DNA from: Orbicella franksi
Lineage: Eukaryota
Direction: 5' to 3'
Assembly: GCA_964199315.1 (NCBI GenBank)
Contig: OZ116706.1
Location: 31,124,001-31,188,000 of the forward strand
DNA: 64,000 bases
The first letter of the stretch is position 1; every line of letters begins with the position of its first letter. The position numbers and the translations under genes are program-made. The notes under the pieces are model-generated. The model had not been told where the DNA came from. It searched no databases and worked only from the letters and a program-made list of their open reading frames with translations. Shown in pieces: positions 9,652-22,800 of this stretch.

Positions 9652-12600
9652 ATGGCTGAAAAGGAGATGAACGGTATGCAAGGGCAATTTTTGGGTGAAA
9701 GTGTGGGTCTAAGTTAGAGTAAATTAGGCCTCGACTCGGGAGGAAGATGTATCGTTCAAGATATTTCAATTGTTTTTTTTCGTTTTCGTAATTTTCGATT
9801 AAAAAAAATTAATGCGGTGGTTATAAAACTCAGCTGATTTTAAGTTTGTCTAGCATAGTAAATGTTTAGGCTTTCACACTTCTACCTTGAGATCTCTTTG
9901 TCTTGGTGATCAGCTTGGTTTTGGATGAGGATTACACTGCAACCTTTTTCCTTCTTTGAAGAATAGTTTGACTTTAAGAGATTCAATCGTGCAGCCAGTA
10001 TTTTTGACCCCCATGTGATCAAATTGTCAGACGCAAGCTTGATCTTTGGTACGGTATCTTTAATACGTTTATCAAGAACTTCATGGCAAACAAGATAACC
10101 AGCTGCAGTGTCCATTTTACTGTTTCTCTTTCCATGAGTATAGCTGCATTCATATTTGTAAATTCATTGAATTAAAACACTTTTTAAATTTAATCCAATG
10201 AAATTCCCATGTTTCATTGTTAATTATTAATAATTGATTTTAGTATTTTATTTGAACAAACATTTCAGATGAAAAGCCAGAAGTAAATGAACAGGGAGAT
10301 AAAGAGGATGGCAGCGATGATCTTGATTTCGAGGATGCAAGGGAAGGAAATGATGATGTTGATGAAAATGCTGATAATGAAGTTGATGACGATGAACAAC
10401 TTATGGTGATAGAAACACCAGAGGGACTGACACTTGTAGAGCCTGCAGAAAACTCATCTTTTTATATTGTGCAAGAACATGAAGGACAGGAAACTCCACC
10501 AGGTACTATTAAGTGGGTTATACAGTTTAAGCTTTTTTAGAATCTCATGGTTCAACATTCTACTGCTTCACTTCTGTATCCATAGCAACTGGACGAGATG
10601 CTGTGCAGGGTTAGTGAGTGACTTGTACCTTTTGGAACTGCACAGATATAGCTTGGAGGTTTTGTTTACACTTTTGCTGCTAGGTTTGCAAAGGATTAAA
10701 TTTTGTGCCAAACAACAAACTTAGATGAGTGCCTTTAATTAATGCTTGCAATACATGTAGTTTACAACAAACCAATTCCATATTCAGTGTTGTTAGCATT
10801 GTGCATCACTGAGAAGGAGATGGCTATACTAGTATTGACTACCTAGAGGTTTCTACATAATTTACCGTGAAATTGTATTACTATGAAGTACATGCATGAA
10901 ATTCATTTTTGATTTTTGATTTGAATATTAAATTTTCTTTTCCTAGGAATGCCTTCAGAGCCTGAAATTCCCCAAGATGTCAGTATTTCTGAAGAACTTC
11001 TGATGAATATCCAGCGATTAAGAAGAAGCTCTTGTCCAGAGTTGCCTGACACAGTGACCAAACTAGAGACTCCAGAGGGATGTAAAGTGTATGTTGTTGG
11101 TACTGCACACTTCAGTAAGGAAAGCCAGGATGATGTGGCAAAGGTTAGTCCTTTTCATCTCTACTTTTAAAACAATGACAGTAGCTTAAGTGTTGAAAGT
11201 TATGGTGTTGATGATGACGACAACAATGATGACAATATTTGGATTGTAGTTTATGCTTCAGAATTTCAGCCATTTTCAAGTTCAGAAGTGTCATAATGGA
11301 CCATTCACCATTTGCACTCACACACGTAATGAAAACCCTTAAAATTTGTAACATTTAAAGTTATAAATTAAAACATTCGTTATAATTTTAAAATTTTGAA
11401 ATAATTTACAGTGCCATTCATCTAATTGTTGCCACCTACAGTACAGGAAAGTTTTTATTAGTTTTTAAAGGGTTAAAGTTGAATTTGACAATCAAACATT
11501 TCTGCTCTCAACTGTTCCCATTTTTTGATTGGCCAGTTCAAATAGAAACCAGTATAAAGTTGTCCGAAAGTTGTCAAAAAGATGTCAAAATTTAATCAAA
11601 AACTTTCTCAAGTAACAACAGTACAGTGCATAGCACTGTAAAACTTGATTGACTTTAGTTCATAAATTATAGTGTGATTGTCCGGGTGAGGGTAGTTCTG
11701 AAAAGAACTGTCATTGGTGACTAATGTTTCGACAACTTGAGCGGAAGTCATCTTCAGAGTCAAGTGAATAGTGTTTATCAGTCAACAGTGTTTTAAGTCT
11801 GGTCCTTTGAAAGTGACTGGTCAGTGTAGCCAAAATGGTATAGGCTGTAAGACTCGTGTAAAGTTTGCCAGTAGTCATTAGTCAGTTTTGGTATTAGCAA
11901 AGTCCCTAATAACTTTCTTTGAATGACAAGTGAAGTCCAATCTAAGATAGCAAAGAAGATGAAAAATTTCAGCCTAGTTTTACCCATTACAAGTCAGATT
12001 ATACTGAGACTGTTACATACATGTACATGCTGGCATAGAGAGAAACGTCCTGAAGGCCAACTAAAATTATTTAAAAACACAACGGTGACAAAGGAGAAAC
12101 ATTGAGAAGATAAGTCTGACAAAATGAAAGTACTAGCGTGTCAAGTGACACCAAGATGGTTGGTGAAATGTTGAATATTGTTTTTGTTTCTGCAGGCTAT
12201 TCAGGCTGTTCAACCTGATGTTGTGTTAGTTGAACTGTGCAAAAGTCGAGTGGACATTCTCAAATATGATGAGGAATTTTTACTAAGGGAGGCTAAGAAT
12301 ATTGACATGCAAAAACTAAAACTTGCAATTAAACAAGTAAGTACCATACACTTTAAATTGATTATAATACATTGTGATATACATGTATGGCTGGCACATG
12401 GGCAGTTTACCATTTTGAATGAGTAAAGGAGGGAATCGTTGTTAGGCACTGTGTGTAGAGCTGGCAGTAACAAGCTGTTATCTAGGATAACCTGTTAACC
12501 TGGTTAACTAAAAACAGGTTCTTATTTGGAAAATCCAAAAACAATTTCAGAGTAGATACTAGAAAAAAATGTATGCAAGGTATTAACCAAGGCATAAAGA

Positions 12601-15600
12601 ACCTGAACTGATTAGCATAGCCAACAATAAATGTTCCTGCTGTCAACCAATCATGAAGAAGTAATTTTCTCATTCATATTATATTAATGATATATTATGT
12701 AAAATTACTACAAACACTTACACTATAACATATCAAGCAAAAACCTTTTCAAGCTAACTTTGAAAAATCTAGTATCTTATATGTAGGTTTTTACATTACT
12801 TTGTGCGACAAGAAAATAGAATTCATGTTTTGTTTTGAGCTGGTGTGTACTAACCGTATTAAATAAAGGTTGAGTTAGCCTTTTTGAGTGCTTGTTTGTG
12901 TTCAAGCATAATGGACAGCCAGGATAAAAATAGTTACAGCACTACAAAACTCCATAATTTATAAGTGTTTGTGATGGTGCAATTCACATCATGTTATTAA
13001 TTTTTTGTTGCTTGTAGAGCGGAGTTATAGGTGGCATAATGAACGTGCTTTTACTAAGTATGTCAGCACACATAACCAAGCAACTTGGAATGGCTCCAGG
13101 TGGCGAGTTTAGAGCTGCTTACAGAGAGGTACTACTAACACTGTACACCATAAATGATACTTCATTCTTTCTGTCTGCAATGGAAAACTGTTGTATTTGT
13201 TTGTAATAAAAAATATGCCTACAAGTGCAAACTTATTTTGTAAAGATTATTTTCCAGTGTATTCACAGACCATTGAGGAATGCTAAAGGATTCATGTGTG
13301 ATGTCCTCAATATTGTTTTTGCCAATGTTTTTGTCAGTTAACATGTTCATAGCTTTGCAACTTACACATATAAATATATGTGTACTAAATTCGGAGATCT
13401 GAGCCAGTATTTGAACATTGTAAACACAATAGTACACAGTATACAAAATTATTGACCCATACTTGAAAGTAACTCTTCAAATTTTTCTCAGGCTAGGAAA
13501 ATACCTGGTTGCCAGATTCATTTAGGAGATCGACCAATTCAGGTAAGTGTATCGTGTACAGAAGAATTCATTGGTTTTGTTTGGAACTTCCACTTGGGGT
13601 GCCTCTTGTAGCTGGCCATCTTGAATTTAGCAGTGTAAAGATGTAACCTCTTCTAAGGGAATACTGTTTTGAGAAGAACAAAGAACAAGTTATGTTTGCA
13701 TTCCAAAGTTAAACTCCCATTTATTAATTTCACTTAACTTCACAAATCATTTGTTCACTCAATAAAACCAAGGAACCCACTTGCAGTTATTGTCCTAAGT
13801 GTAAAATTATATTTAATTAAATTATGAGATGCCTCTCACTTAAACTTACCTGTAGAAGATGTGTTGAACTATAATAAAATGAATATAATCAGTCGCCATT
13901 CAGCTGTGTTCTATTTGAAAACAGTGAATCTGATTCAGGTTCTTTCATCGTTTTCTTTTGCCAATAGACAATGGTGACAGGTGCGCTGCTCTTGAAACTG
14001 AAAATTATTCTTAATTTTGATACTTAAGATTGTGTATTAAAAACAGTTAGACTAAGGTACTTGCAAGTCATTTTCTATGAGTGATAGTCAACTCAGCTAT
14101 GCCTTGTTGGCTATTCGTTCATAAAAAAACTCAGGCTCATAGCTAGTCTTATTGTCTATTATGCACTGTTCTTACATTATGTTAACCATTTGCACTCATT
14201 AACATTTTGATTTCTGTTGCTGTTCTGTACCTGATTTTTTTTTCCTTTTCCAGGTTACACTTTCCAGAGCAATGGGTGCCTTGAGTATTTGGCAAAAAAT
14301 GAAATTAGCTTGGCATCTCATTACAACTAAAGATCCCATAAGGTGTGTACTGGCCACGGTGATGACTAAATAACTAGCACTAGTTATTACTGCATTAATT
14401 TTAACTATGTTTTTTTGCATCTTGATAATTCCAGTTGCATATATGTATGGTTTGGGATATGTGTATTAGAGTGGTTTTCAATTGAGTCTTGTATTTATGA
14501 CGAAAACTTCATTATCACTTGTCAAATGAGCTAATCACAAAGGACACTGACAGTCCACTGAAACAATCAAAACTCAAAGCAAATAGGTGTAGCTGATTTG
14601 AAGTACTTGAAAATGTGTTTGAGCAGAGTGAGGTCAATGTGTGTTGAAAAGGTGGAACAAGTTTTTTAAACCAATGCTTAAGGGAACAAACGCAAAATCA
14701 ATGTGAAAGAATTATATTCTACAGTCAAGCAAAAACCACTCTCCCATTCAAGGGAGTCTCTGTGAGTTGAAGGAATGTATTGCAGCAAAGTCAGTTCAGT
14801 TTATAGCTTTCTTATGCTCCTTTTCTCACACACAGCTGGTAACCATGTCAAGCTGATCGCTACCGCCTGAGCTATATTGCAAAATCAAAGCTAATACAAG
14901 TAGCATTACGCTAGAGATGGGAAATAACGCAAAAAGTTCATGGCTAGTGCATTACACTGGTATTGTATAAAAACTTAAAACTTTGGGTGGGTGGGCGGGA
15001 AAGTTAGCAATGGGGGACGCAACAAAAACAACTGCCCACCCTATAGGTCACATGACCTATACCCAGGCCCCAGCGGTCAGCAAGAAGAACATTTTTCACT
15101 CACCATTTCATTTCACTCAGCCACTGAAAAATTACTCTTCTTTGGCTGGTTTGTTGGCCGAATAAATAACACACTACCTATGTTACTGCGTACATTGTAC
15201 AATTGGCTCATACTGTACTCAACTGTAATTTTTTCAGCCCAGAGGATGTAGAGAGATGTAAACAAAAGGATCTTTTAGCTGAAATGTTGGCAGAAATGAC
15301 AGGAGATTTTCCCACATTGTATAAAGTTTTTGTGTTGGAAAGAGATCAATACCTGGCGAGGTCACTGAGATTATCTGCCAGACCTATTGAAATTCACAAC
15401 CCTGATGGAGGTAACAGACTGTCATATTGTTGGCACATGAAATGACCTTTCTCTGGAGTTGTTCAGATGTGTTGCATTAAGTTCATGAATACCGTGTTAT
15501 ATGGTACCTGTGTATGTGGGTTCAAATTTAATTATTGAGTGACATAGGCAGGTTAATATGTTTTTGTGCTTTTGACAGTACCCCAAGGAGTTGTCCCTAG

Positions 15601-16038
15601 CGTTGTGGTAGGTGTTGTTGGAATAGGACATGTGGAAGGGATTACAGAATACTGGGATAAGGAGACTGATGTTAAAGAACTTCTTAGGTATGAAAAATCA
15701 CATCTGTTTAGTGGCCATTTTTCGTTGTAGTTATATTTGTTGGCTTGAACCTTTATTTTTTTCTCACCCTATGGTCACAAAACCGTCTTTAGGCACATTA
15801 CAATGCAGCATTGCTGTTTATCATGAAATACACTATTTTCTTGGTTGGGTAACTTTGATAGCAATAATATATAAATGATGTTTTGTCTCAATTTTTTTTC
15901 AGAATTCCGGAAGCAAGCAAAGCAAGCAGGCTTATACGTTTTTCATTAAAGGCTTTTTTAGGAATCTTTTTAGCCTGGGGATGTTATAAGCTTGGAAAGT
16001 ACACGCGTATAGCCTCGTATATTCCGTACTTAAACTGA
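9652..16038 (+). CDS. TRABD: TraB domain-containing protein, 420 aa, C-terminal hydrophobic anchor
   Basis: join(9652..9673,10269..10502,10947..11143,12196..12336,13018..13128,13492..13542,14254..14342,15238..15410,15579..15687,15903..16038), 1263 nt, GT-AG. TraB motifs: VYVVGTAHFSKES, QPDVVLVELCKSR, GMAPGGEFRAA, HLGDRPIQVTLSRA, VFVLERDQYLA, VVGVVGIGHVEGI. Confidence 0.93.
11670..11830 (-). mobile_element. Penelope-like element terminal-repeat remnant with decayed minimal hammerhead ribozyme (11718-11762)
   Basis: The minus strand reads TGACT-CTGAAGA-T-GAC..GTC-GAAAC-ATT-AGTCA: a hammerhead core with stems I and II intact, where the expected GTC cleavage triplet reads ATT. Confidence 0.6.
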
Positions 16039-17320
16039 ATAACAACTAAAAGTGTTGTGAAATTGGATTTGCTAGGATGTAATATACCAAGATTACTTAA
16101 TATTTAATTGTATTTATTCTTTTCCTCCACAAAAAAGAATAATTTTAAAATGAAAGTTACGTAAGAAATTTTTGGTTCCAGTTGTTGGATTGCCGTTTTG
16201 AACTAATCCAGAAATAGCTGTATATATGAATTATATCTTGATGAAAGTTTAGGCTAGGAGTTCAAAAACAATGAGATTATGTATTGCCTCAAGTCGTGAG
16301 CCTTACAGACGTCTTAGTTCATGTATAATCTCAGATTAGTCTTACCTGGCGAACAGCAACTGGACGACGATGCCTTGATTGGGACCGTCATCTCTCAAGG
16401 GCTTTTGACAAAGCTAAAGTACCTTTTGACAAGTAAAGAAAAGTCTTTGACCTGCCTTTTACTGTATGGAAAGAAATTTTAACACCACTTTTAAAAGTTT
16501 AAACAAGGTGAACTTTAATGGGTGATTTTATTGCTAACTTGTGTTTTAAATAAAATTTTAGGCACTTTTTGTTTTCGTTTGATTGGAATTTTCCGTCATT
16601 GCTATTTTTTTAGAGCAGATGACCAGTAGATTTTGGCGTAACGTACGTTAAGTGTCTTTTTCCATTTGAAATTACTTTATTGATCAAAGTATCCAAACAT
16701 GGAATATAAGGCAACTGAGAAGAACTTAGAGTAATCTGTCACTGTGAACCATTAGTTATTTTGATGTTGTTGTTTGGGGTAAACGTAAGATGTTGTATAG
16801 CTGTTATTGCAGTTATCATTGGTGTGACATTCAAACGAGGCAATAGGGTAAATGCGGTGAATTCTGCTTTTTATTGACGTGTTATATTCGCCTCGTTTGT
16901 GTGTCCTTTGAAAAAAATAATATATGACTACAGATTCAACTGCAATTAAAGCTTTTTTTCGAATGGAAAAAAACTTTTATATTATGTAAGAAGTTCAGCA
17001 ATTGCCCGGGGCACCAATCAACTATTCATTCGTTCTTGTTGATGCCAGTGGCCAATGTGTGTTAGAATGTGATAAAGGTGCTCTGACAATACTTGCAATG
17101 CGTGGCATATTTCATGAGTGTTTGTTTATGTGTTTGCTAGGTATTTCCTTCAAATGTAATCAGTTCTAAAAGAATAATTAATTCTTCACAATTCGTCGTC
17201 GCAAAATCTCCGTCCGTTGTACTTTCGAATAATTATAAAAGGTCATGAAAAAATCAATATCTTTAACCCGCCCGTTTCCTAAGAAGGTGGGCCGACCATC
17301 TTGAATTATCTCTAATAACA

Positions 17321-17647
17321 GGAGTGCTTACCATTTGGCCAAAAAGTTCGGAAATCTCGGTTGAATGTAAAATGGAACAGCAATTTTCTGGAAAATCCGT
17401 TCAGAAATTGTAGGCTTCTTCCAGAGGTAGTCCTCTTTTTCCGTTCGGAACGAAACAACGGAAATTTCCTTACCGTTTGGTAAATTTTCCAGTTTCAAGT
17501 CTCTCATCAGTCGAAAACAATTACGAGAAATCGAATTACAAATGGTAAGCGCCATCTCGTTCGGTTGGTTTGCTGATCTTGGAAAAATCCTTACCATTAT
17601 TCAACGGTCACCCCAACCTGTTTATTCTTACAGATGGTAACCACCCC
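17321..17647. mobile_element. MITE with ~17-bp imperfect TIRs
   Basis: GGAGTGCTTACCATTTG at the left end versus CAGATGGTAACCACCCC at the right end; no coding capacity. No clear TSD. Confidence 0.65.
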
Positions 17648-17732
17648 AGTCCGTTTGACCAGTTTGACCATGACGTTATCTCCTCATTGGTTGTCAACCA
17701 CTCTTTTGTTCTATGTAAGCTGGACATCTGCT

Positions 17733-18479
17733 TAGGGCTTTCCGCAATTTACGCGAGATTTTCCCNNNNNNNNNNNNNNNNNNNNNNNNNNNNNNNNNNN
17801 NNNNNNNNNNNNNNNNNNNNNNNNNNNNNNNNNNNNNNNNNNNNNNNNNNNNNNNNNNNNNNNNNNNNNNNNNNNNNNNNNNNNNNNNNNNNNNNNNNNN
17901 NNNNNNNNNNNNNNNNNNNNNNNNNNNNNNNNNNNNNNNNNNNNNNNNNNNNNNNNNNNNNNNNNACAAAGTTGCCCGCAATTTCTCAAAAAGTTGCTCT
18001 AAAAGTCAAAAGTTGGTTTTTGTAACGAAAGTTGCTCAAAAGTGCTAAAAAAACGATTTTTGTTGTTGTTGCTCTCTTCCTTCATTTGGTCTGATGCAAA
18101 AATATGCAAATTGTACATCAAAAGTAAGATTTCTAAGTATTTTTGTGCAATTTTGCGGCGTAACCAGCGTTGCTAAATAACATTGTCCTCAATCAAAACC
18201 AAATATTAATATTAATGTTGTGAATATTCTTCACCGGAGACACTCGAGTCAATCGAGTGTGAATCTCCGTCCATCAGTTTGATTTGTTTAAAAAACATTT
18301 CACACTGTGAAATAAGGAGGCATGGCCAATTTAACCACTAAAAGCTGCTCCGATTTCTCAGAATTGATAAAAAAAAACTAGAAATTGCTCAGAGCGCAAA
18401 AAGTTGCGCAAGACGAAAAATGTTGCTTGAAATACAGGAAGTTGCCAAAAAGTTGCCGAGCAACTTGTAGAAAGCCCTA
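17733..18479. mobile_element. hAT-type non-autonomous element spanning assembly gap
   Basis: Termini TAGGGCTTTC...GAAAGCCCTA; perfect 8-bp TSD CATCTGCT at 17725-17732 and 18480-18487; internal aagttgc repeats. Confidence 0.8.
17766..17965. other. Assembly gap (200 N)
   Basis: Run of 200 N. Confidence 1.
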
Positions 18480-18843
18480 CATCTGCTTAAGTTGTGTACG
18501 TAACTGCGATGATCAATCATGTCTTCATCTCTTTCTCCGCAGTTCAAATATATGATCGTTCATATATTCACTCGTACTATCTGGTACGTTCACGCTACTA
18601 CAGCACACTCTTCTCTCTTGAATGTCCAAACAATAACACGCATGTATCTCACGTGTACCTACATTAAATCATTGATAGACACGTCATTTAGGTGTGGTTT
18701 AATAATCTTGGATATGCACTGGACTGGTCTTGTTTCACAGTAAGGAAACAAGAATTTAAGGGTGTTATCCTTTTCAACATTATTCGCATTGATGTGGAGT
18801 ATATATGAAATAATTCATATTTGAACTGCGGTTGTAGATGAAA

Positions 18844-18851
18844 GTGAAGAA

Positions 18852-18884
<33 letters not shown>

Positions 18885-18912
18885 CTGGAAAGAAGAAGCC
18901 TGAAAAAAATCA

Positions 18913-18946
<34 letters not shown>

Positions 18947-18961
18947 ATCGCACCGGTATTC

Positions 18962-18995
<34 letters not shown>

Positions 18996-19064
18996 TGATT
19001 TTTTTCAGGCTTCTTTTTTCCAATTACTTAAATTGGAAAATTAACTGCGATGATCATTCTTCAC
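18844..19064. repeat. Head-to-head inverted pair of tRNA-derived SINE fragments (~100-bp-arm hairpin)
   Basis: 18844-18946 is the near-perfect reverse complement of 18962-19064; B box GGTTCGAATCCC in each arm; 15-nt loop. Confidence 0.85.
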
Positions 19065-19352
19065 ATTCATTATTCACATTCGCCGCAGACAGGTGATTCT
19101 TTAAGAACTGTAAGTCAGTGCTGTAATCGAATGCCTTTCCTGGAAAGGAAATGGGTGCTGAATTAGTGAAAACGGAAATCGAACAAACGTCGCAGCGCTT
19201 ATTACATTTTTCGCGCCTCAAATGCGGTGTTAATAGGCCACTGCCGAGTTGCCTTTTGCCTCTATGTCGAAACGAGTCTTCGTGAAAAACCATTCAAATG
19301 TGTTTCGCCTACTTAAGCAAGACTCGTTTTGAAACAGAGGAACAAGGCCTGA

Positions 19353-19737
19353 GGGCCTGTTTACAAGGAGGGAGAGTTACCCTAGTAAGCGGGTTAACCC
19401 TAGCCGAGGGTAAAAGATAGCCCGGGTTTACAAGCAAAATTTTACAGGTAGGGTAACCCTACAACCCGGGACAACTTAATGCGCGGTTACACTCAAAGGG
19501 TCTGGAAACAATTAGAAAGTTAACTCGGGAAGGCGGGTTAAGTGGCGTGTTTACGAGAGAAAAAGTTAATCCGCCTACCAGGGTAGCCCTAGCACGCAGA
19601 TAGGCTAACCCGCCTACCCGGGTAACCCTAGCTCCCTTGTAAACACGATGAAGAAAAAAAGAGGAAATGTGTGAGTGCTAGGGTAACCCGCCTTCTAGGG
19701 TAACCCTCGGGAACCCTCTCTCCTTGTAAACATGCGC
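19353..19737. mobile_element. MITE (Harbinger-like TIRs) immediately upstream of TSR1
   Basis: TIRs gcctgtttacaaggagggag / ctctctccttgtaaacatgc; many internal GGGTAACCCT palindromes. Confidence 0.7.
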
Positions 19738-19791
19738 ACACCCAAAATCATGGAAATGACTGGTCAGCGGTTTCTTTCGTAAAGCACGAAG

Positions 19792-19817
19792 CACGTGTTG
19801 CAACAAACAAGATGGCG
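19792..19817 (+). promoter_or_regulatory. Myc-type E-box and YY1 motif at TSR1 start
   Basis: CACGTG at 19792-19797 and AAGATGGCG overlapping the ATG. Start-proximal E-boxes are typical of animal ribosome-biogenesis genes. Confidence 0.5.
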
Positions 19818-22800
19818 TCCGAGGAAACCACGACTAGGCATAAATCAGGTCCTTTAAAGCAACAAAACAAGACACACAAACATGGGAGACACAGAAGTAA
19901 GAGCGAGATCGACAAAAACAACAAAGGTACTGTTACACTGTTGTCTCTTGAACTTTATGTGAGCTGCGTCAAGGCATTTGTGGCCGTGTCATCATTTACT
20001 CAGTCGGGTAAAACTGTGACCGTTTAGAGCGTGTACTTCATTAAATGCGTTAGTAAAATACTCCTAATACGGTACAAACTGTGTAAGGAGGACGACATCT
20101 TCACTAATATGTGAAAAAACAAATTAATACAATTACTGGCTTACAACATGCGGCTGGAACATTGGAATGAGATGAAATCAACGGAATAATTCGGTTTTGA
20201 ATGCCCCTATCAATGTTAAAGCCTTAGCGGGGGTGGGGGGGGGGGGGAAGGAGGAGGGGGTGGGTTAGGGTTTAGGGGGAGGGGAAAGCGGTGGAGATTT
20301 TGGTACTTTCTGGGAAAAGAAAAATAAAAAAGATAAAATCCCCACCCCCAGGATAAAATGATGGGTAAAAAGTATCAAAGTTCTCAAACGTGGGGCAAAC
20401 AAAATTCATTCGTGTGTAAACATGCATAGAACTGTCGACACAGTTCTATTAATCATATAAAGCAAAAACTCTGTTTCCTTTCCATAGACTGTATGAATGG
20501 CCCGTATAAACAGATTTAAAATGGATCCACTTAGACTTCTTAATTATTTCTGACCTGATTCCTCTTGTGACTTACAGACATTTACAAGATAGCGGATGGC
20601 TCATTTCCAGACTCTCTTGATCCTTAAGATGGCAACTGTGTCAACTTCCCTACCCTGGGGACATTGTGGACAATTGGAATCCCTGCCCGGGGAACAGACC
20701 ATACAATCAATCCCCCCCCCCCCCTCCTCTGAATGAATGCTTTATTCGAGTGTCTGTACTAAAATAACGATAAAAACATTAAATGGAGACTCATTGACTC
20801 AACTTCAGCTTGTATGTATAGTTTAAAAATCTGAATACTATTTTAATACTATTTTAACATTTGCAGGTCGTGTTGGGGTAAAAATTGTTTCAAAGAAAAT
20901 TCGCCAAGCTGTTGGGAAAGCCAATCGTAGACATCAGGTAGTAATTTATAATACTGTACTAAATTTGGTTTTCTTACATGTAAGTGAGTTCTGGTTTTCA
21001 CATGGTCCAGCTTATAACCCGAGTGAATGTACGCTTCAGTTAATTTAAGCTGTCATAAGTAAGTATTTCAATCAAGTTTAATCATGAATTGTAACTACAC
21101 ATAGAAGTTTGATTATCAAACTGTCATGTACATGTACATGTGTGTAAACTTAATGCACTAGCACTGGTTGTCAAGTTCGTGACATATGGCAACCCTAAAA
21201 GTCAGTTTTGATGACAGACTACTTGTTTACATGCATGTTGTGTTTCTGATCAGCCATGACTAATATTATTGTTTTAAATCAATTGCCAACTCTGCAGAGA
21301 ATTATGTGGTAATTTCAAATGATGAACAATATTTAGTGGTGGTTTTGATGAGGTTTACAAATAACAAACTAGGGCTATAATGTACATGTAAGTGTTGTGC
21401 AGGCAGAAAAATAATACCAAGTTAGGTTAGGTTAACTAATGGCCAATAGTAGTGCTCATTGTATTTGAATGTATGGTATTGTTTCACTGTGTTTATGGCA
21501 ATGGAGTGGTGGTGAATGGGAGAATTCTCTTAAGAAATGATAACTTTGAAAGTTTTGATTTTTTGCAGATAATGTAAAAGGTTCTAAAGTGTCATTGTCC
21601 ATGACTTTTGTTTAGATGTTGTTTTCAATTTTATTACAGGCAAAACAAATAAGAGAGAACAGAAAAGAGGAAGTACTAGAACAGAGAAGGAAAACAGGAA
21701 AGCAAGGAAGCCCACCACATCTTATTGTAAGTAAACCTTTTGGTCTAATGTCTTACAGTATTTCAGAAAAGATCCTGAATATCCAGGATATTAAGCTCCA
21801 GGGTGTTGGCATTCATATGAGTGCTAAATATTTGACTACCAAACTGAGTTTTAACAGTTACGTATGTGTTCCGAAGTGTAATATTTATAGAACTATTACC
21901 AGTGTGATGTCATTTCTCTCATAATGTTTGCATGGTTTCATGTGTGATTAAACATTAGAATATTTCAATTTCTCTAAGGCAATTATTCCATTATCATCCA
22001 ACTGTGATGCTGGGCAGGCCGTGCAGTTATTTAGTGAGTGTGATAGTGATGGGTCACTTTATCCTTCAAGGAACACAACAACCTTAGTGTGAGTAGAGCC
22101 AGCTCAGAGGTAACCACATGTATAGGTGCTTGCCTCAAAGTCCTTATTTTAGAAAATGGACTTTTTAATGAATTCGTAATAATCTATTACTGTAAGTTTT
22201 ATGTATGTACTGTAAGCAGAGTTACCCTCTGTACTCTGGGCTTAAGTTGTAAGGTTGACTCTAGTGAGCACTCAGTTTCCTTGAATTCCTTGTGGCACAG
22301 GGAACAATAAATTGGCCCTCAATTTGCTCTGTAGTCTATATGTGATACAAATAGTTTGTATGTATGGAACAAAATTAATGTCTCAAAACTGTTGTAAAAA
22401 AAGAATGTGCACAACTTCAAATCAGAAATTGTCCTAAAGTTTGTTATTCTTTTGGCCAGACTAGAGTCACATGACAACAACAAAATGAAAGTGACTTTCA
22501 GTTTGCTTTCAAATTATATATGGAAGAACAACAACAATCTTTAAAAATCTTTATTTGTACTCTCTCACACTTTGATACTAATTAAACAAAAATACTAATT
22601 GAGAATGGTTGTGGGATGTTGTGTACCAGTTCTGTAAATATCAGCGATACAAAGTAGTCCAGCATTTGAAGCTGTCAGTTGAAGCTGGCCAAAACTATGT
22701 TGCCAACCTAGTGATGAGCATTCTTTGGCTTTTACCTGTACTCTTTTCCCTTAATATCTATACAGTTAATGTAGTCGTTCAGGGTTCACAAAAATGCCCC

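Noticed and set aside
17570-18025. ORFs spanning the first gap
   Set aside because: Artefacts of the 200-N run.
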